A DNA stretch of 52,440 bases, counting the filler, from Catajapyx aquilonaris (Eukaryota): NCBI GenBank assembly GCA_000934665.2. It is 2 parts of 2 records of this genome, joined end to end, with 100 filler letters (N's around TTAATTAATTAA, not from the genome) between each part and the next. Parts side by side here need not be neighbours in the genome. Positions count along the whole stretch, not along the records: positions 26,124 to 52,440 come from KZ539318.1; 1 more part is not named here. One strand, written 5' to 3'. Under the pieces are notes generated by a model. That model had not been told where the DNA came from. It saw only the letters and a list, made by a program, of their open reading frames with translations, and ran no database searches. Positions 49,992 through 52,440 of the stretch are shown one piece after another (the stretch's first letter is position 1; every line of letters starts with the position of its first letter). The translations under genes and the position numbers were made by a program.

Positions 49992-51381
49992 TGTCGGTCG
50001 GACATCGGTGATAACAGATCGGCGAACCTAGCTATAATCAACTGGAACACTTTTTACCTTTAAACCTACCCGAACCTGTTCGCACACTGTAATTATCCAA
50101 ATCAAATAATGAGACCCTAAACTTTTTATGTGGTAACGCACCTGCAGGGTATGATATGATCGGTATTAATCTACATCAAAAACGAATTTGTCATTACGTA
50201 CATTTGATTTGTGTTGCCAATAGTCATTTTTTAATATTTTAAAAATTTTGATTGAAGTTCATACAGCATTGCAACGACATTCGTACGTGAACTAACGGAT
50301 CCGTTTCAGACCATTACTGTTCCCGCCAAAAAAATTGGCGCGATTTCCGCTTCCGGTACCGGAACATCCATTTTGACCGACATCTTTAAGCACAGTCATC
50401 CCTTACATAACAGAAGTCGATGACCACCACCACCTGTTGTTCCTCTCGTATTATTCTTAAGAGCTTCGGATGAAGACAAGACCACGTCGTCTTCGTGGTG
50501 TAACGGTCAGGAAAAGGCCTCCAGGGGAGAAGGGAATAGGATAACAGACACACTTATACATATCTCGAAATAATGGCCATGCTCCTGGGTGTTTCTGTGA
50601 TGCTGTTTGGGTGGACCAAGCGCACCTGTTGCCGAGGTCATGGAGCATGAGGACAATTTCGTGTTAATCCACTTAAAAGACGGAAGAGCATTAGTCGGAG
50701 AGCACCGTTTGGATCATTATTTATGATTACCTCACGATTACGTCGTGACTTAAGATGGTCACCAAAAATTTTTGTCGGAAGTGTTAGAGGCACGAAACCA
50801 TTTGCAGCGAGACGTCTTGCAATGCTAATTACGACACTGACCTTAACCTGGTTTTTTAAGTGCTCAAGAAGCGTGAAAGAAGGCAGGGTTATGAGCTCAT
50901 TTGCATGATTGACGACGTATCATGCAGGAATGGCCTGCCAATAGCATTCTCGTCAACCTAATTGGATTAGCATTTATTGAAGCATCAACCAGTCTTACGT
51001 GGAAAATAAAGCAAGTACGTGTGGTCAGGGACGAACTTGAGATGTGTCCATACAGGATGCTGATAATGATAGGGCTTTCTGGACCAAGATAACGCACATG
51101 CACAATTAACATGACTCACTTCCAGTACGAGCTATATTTGTGCACAACGCGCAATTAATTTTTACGAAAAAAAATGGTTCACATGGTGAATCATCAGGTC
51201 CATTTAATATCAGCATCACGCTAATCACACTGTCCATTGTTTCAAGAAATGTGAAATTATTAATTTTATGCCAGATTGTCGCCTAAAATTACTATTGTAC
51301 GTACATAATCGAATTTTTCTCTGATTTTATTTGATTTCAAAATACTTGTGAATATCTACATGTCGAAGACAATAATAATAA

Positions 51382-51447
51382 TATGCGCAAAGGGGCGAAG
51401 CCCAACATGATGGGGGGTGCGAAGCCCCACCGCCGAACATAGCGATT
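51382..51447. mobile_element. Short GCGAAGC-hairpin element between (AAT)n tracts
   Basis: GGGCGAAGCCC and GGGGTGCGAAGCCCC flanked by AATAATAATAAT on both sides. Confidence 0.4.
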
Positions 51448-52261
51448 AATAATAATAATATCAATTGTGTCAGGATAGATATTCCCAACAGCTTCCATAA
51501 TTGAATATCCACAAAATATCAAAAAAGTCTTACCATCTGGATACAGATACAAAGCAAGAGGAGCAGCAGCGGTGAGGCCATGGTCTTCGCCTGGAACAAA
51601 GTGCCGGGTCGCTGGATGTTCATCAGGCAGCAGCAGCAGCCAGATAGACCCTAGCTAGAGTGGTAGTCCCGTTCAAGACGAGCGCCAGAGAAGCACTGAC
51701 CATTCCTCCGCCATGGAGCAGCCCTTCATACTCAAGCACTGGCGGCACAAGAGCGGTCACGTGAGCAGGCCACTGACCCACCACCCCTCTCGCTACGCCA
51801 CCCAGGGTCAAGGTGATGGTTAGTGCTGGGGGGGGGGGGGGGGGNNNNNNNNNNNNNNNNNNNGGGGGGGGGGGGGGGGGGGGGTTGCACCTATACCAGC
51901 AGAGGATGGTGCTCAAAGAAGCAGTGCATGAGCTAAATGTGGGTCAGGTGCATGGTGCTTCCGTAGATGAGCGCACCGGATTCACACACCTGACACATCA
52001 GGAACCGCCCTTGTTGTTTCCGGACACACCATCTGTTTTTGTGTGGCTTTCGACGAAATTATCGGTTGACGTCATTGCTGGTCCGCCAATATTGGGTTTG
52101 TGTCGCAATTTGGGAGGATGTTCCAGCCCTGGGAAAATTCATGAATTCAAGGTTCTCACCATCCCATCAAGCGTTGTTCATAATCATAACAGATACATGC
52201 TGGCTCATGAGTTGTAATTATTATCGTTTATTAAGTAGCCATTGTGGGGTACTATGAAGCT

Positions 52262-52440
52262 ATTTATTTATTATTTATTTGTTTTTGTGTGTTTTTTTTG
52301 TTTACGTTGCCCCGTGATAAGGCTTAGCCTTTGTAGGGGGGTGGGATACCATCATTTTCTCTCCGTTTAACTTCATACACGATACACCGGTGCAAGGAGT
52401 CTAGGATGTAGGGTAGGGGTAGGGATTTTGGGGAGGGAAC
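52262..52440 (-). mobile_element. Probable non-LTR retroelement 3' end
   Basis: Minus strand has the hairpin AAGGCT-A-AGCCTT followed by an A-rich/(AAAT)n tail. Confidence 0.4.

Noticed and set aside
1..52440. CRISPR arrays, operons or prokaryotic defence systems
   Set aside because: The DNA is eukaryotic with spliceosomal introns; no repeat-spacer array was seen.

Overview
Eukaryotic (invertebrate, most likely arthropod) genomic DNA in two halves separated by an assembly gap with an artificial TTAATTAATTAA linker (26024-26123). The left half (1-26023) has no recognisable host gene and is a graveyard of transposable elements: a Sola2-type DNA transposon with long TIRs, Kolobok-, P-, Sola1-, CACTA/EnSpm-, Helitron-, Gypsy-, LINE- and Penelope-like remnants, several MITEs, a young ~720-bp direct duplication carrying a His-rich ORF, and a minimal type I hammerhead ribozyme with an intact core (21956-21998). 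The right half is gene-rich: four tRNA-Ala(AGC) genes plus one pseudogene, a complete 4-exon CFAP299/C4orf22-like gene (- strand), a nitric oxide synthase gene (+ strand, 13 coding exons traced, first exon not found) and a convergent AA15-type lytic polysaccharide monooxygenase with a long Tyr/His-rich repeat linker and a C-terminal six-Cys module. All family assignments come from recognising motifs by eye; no searches were run.
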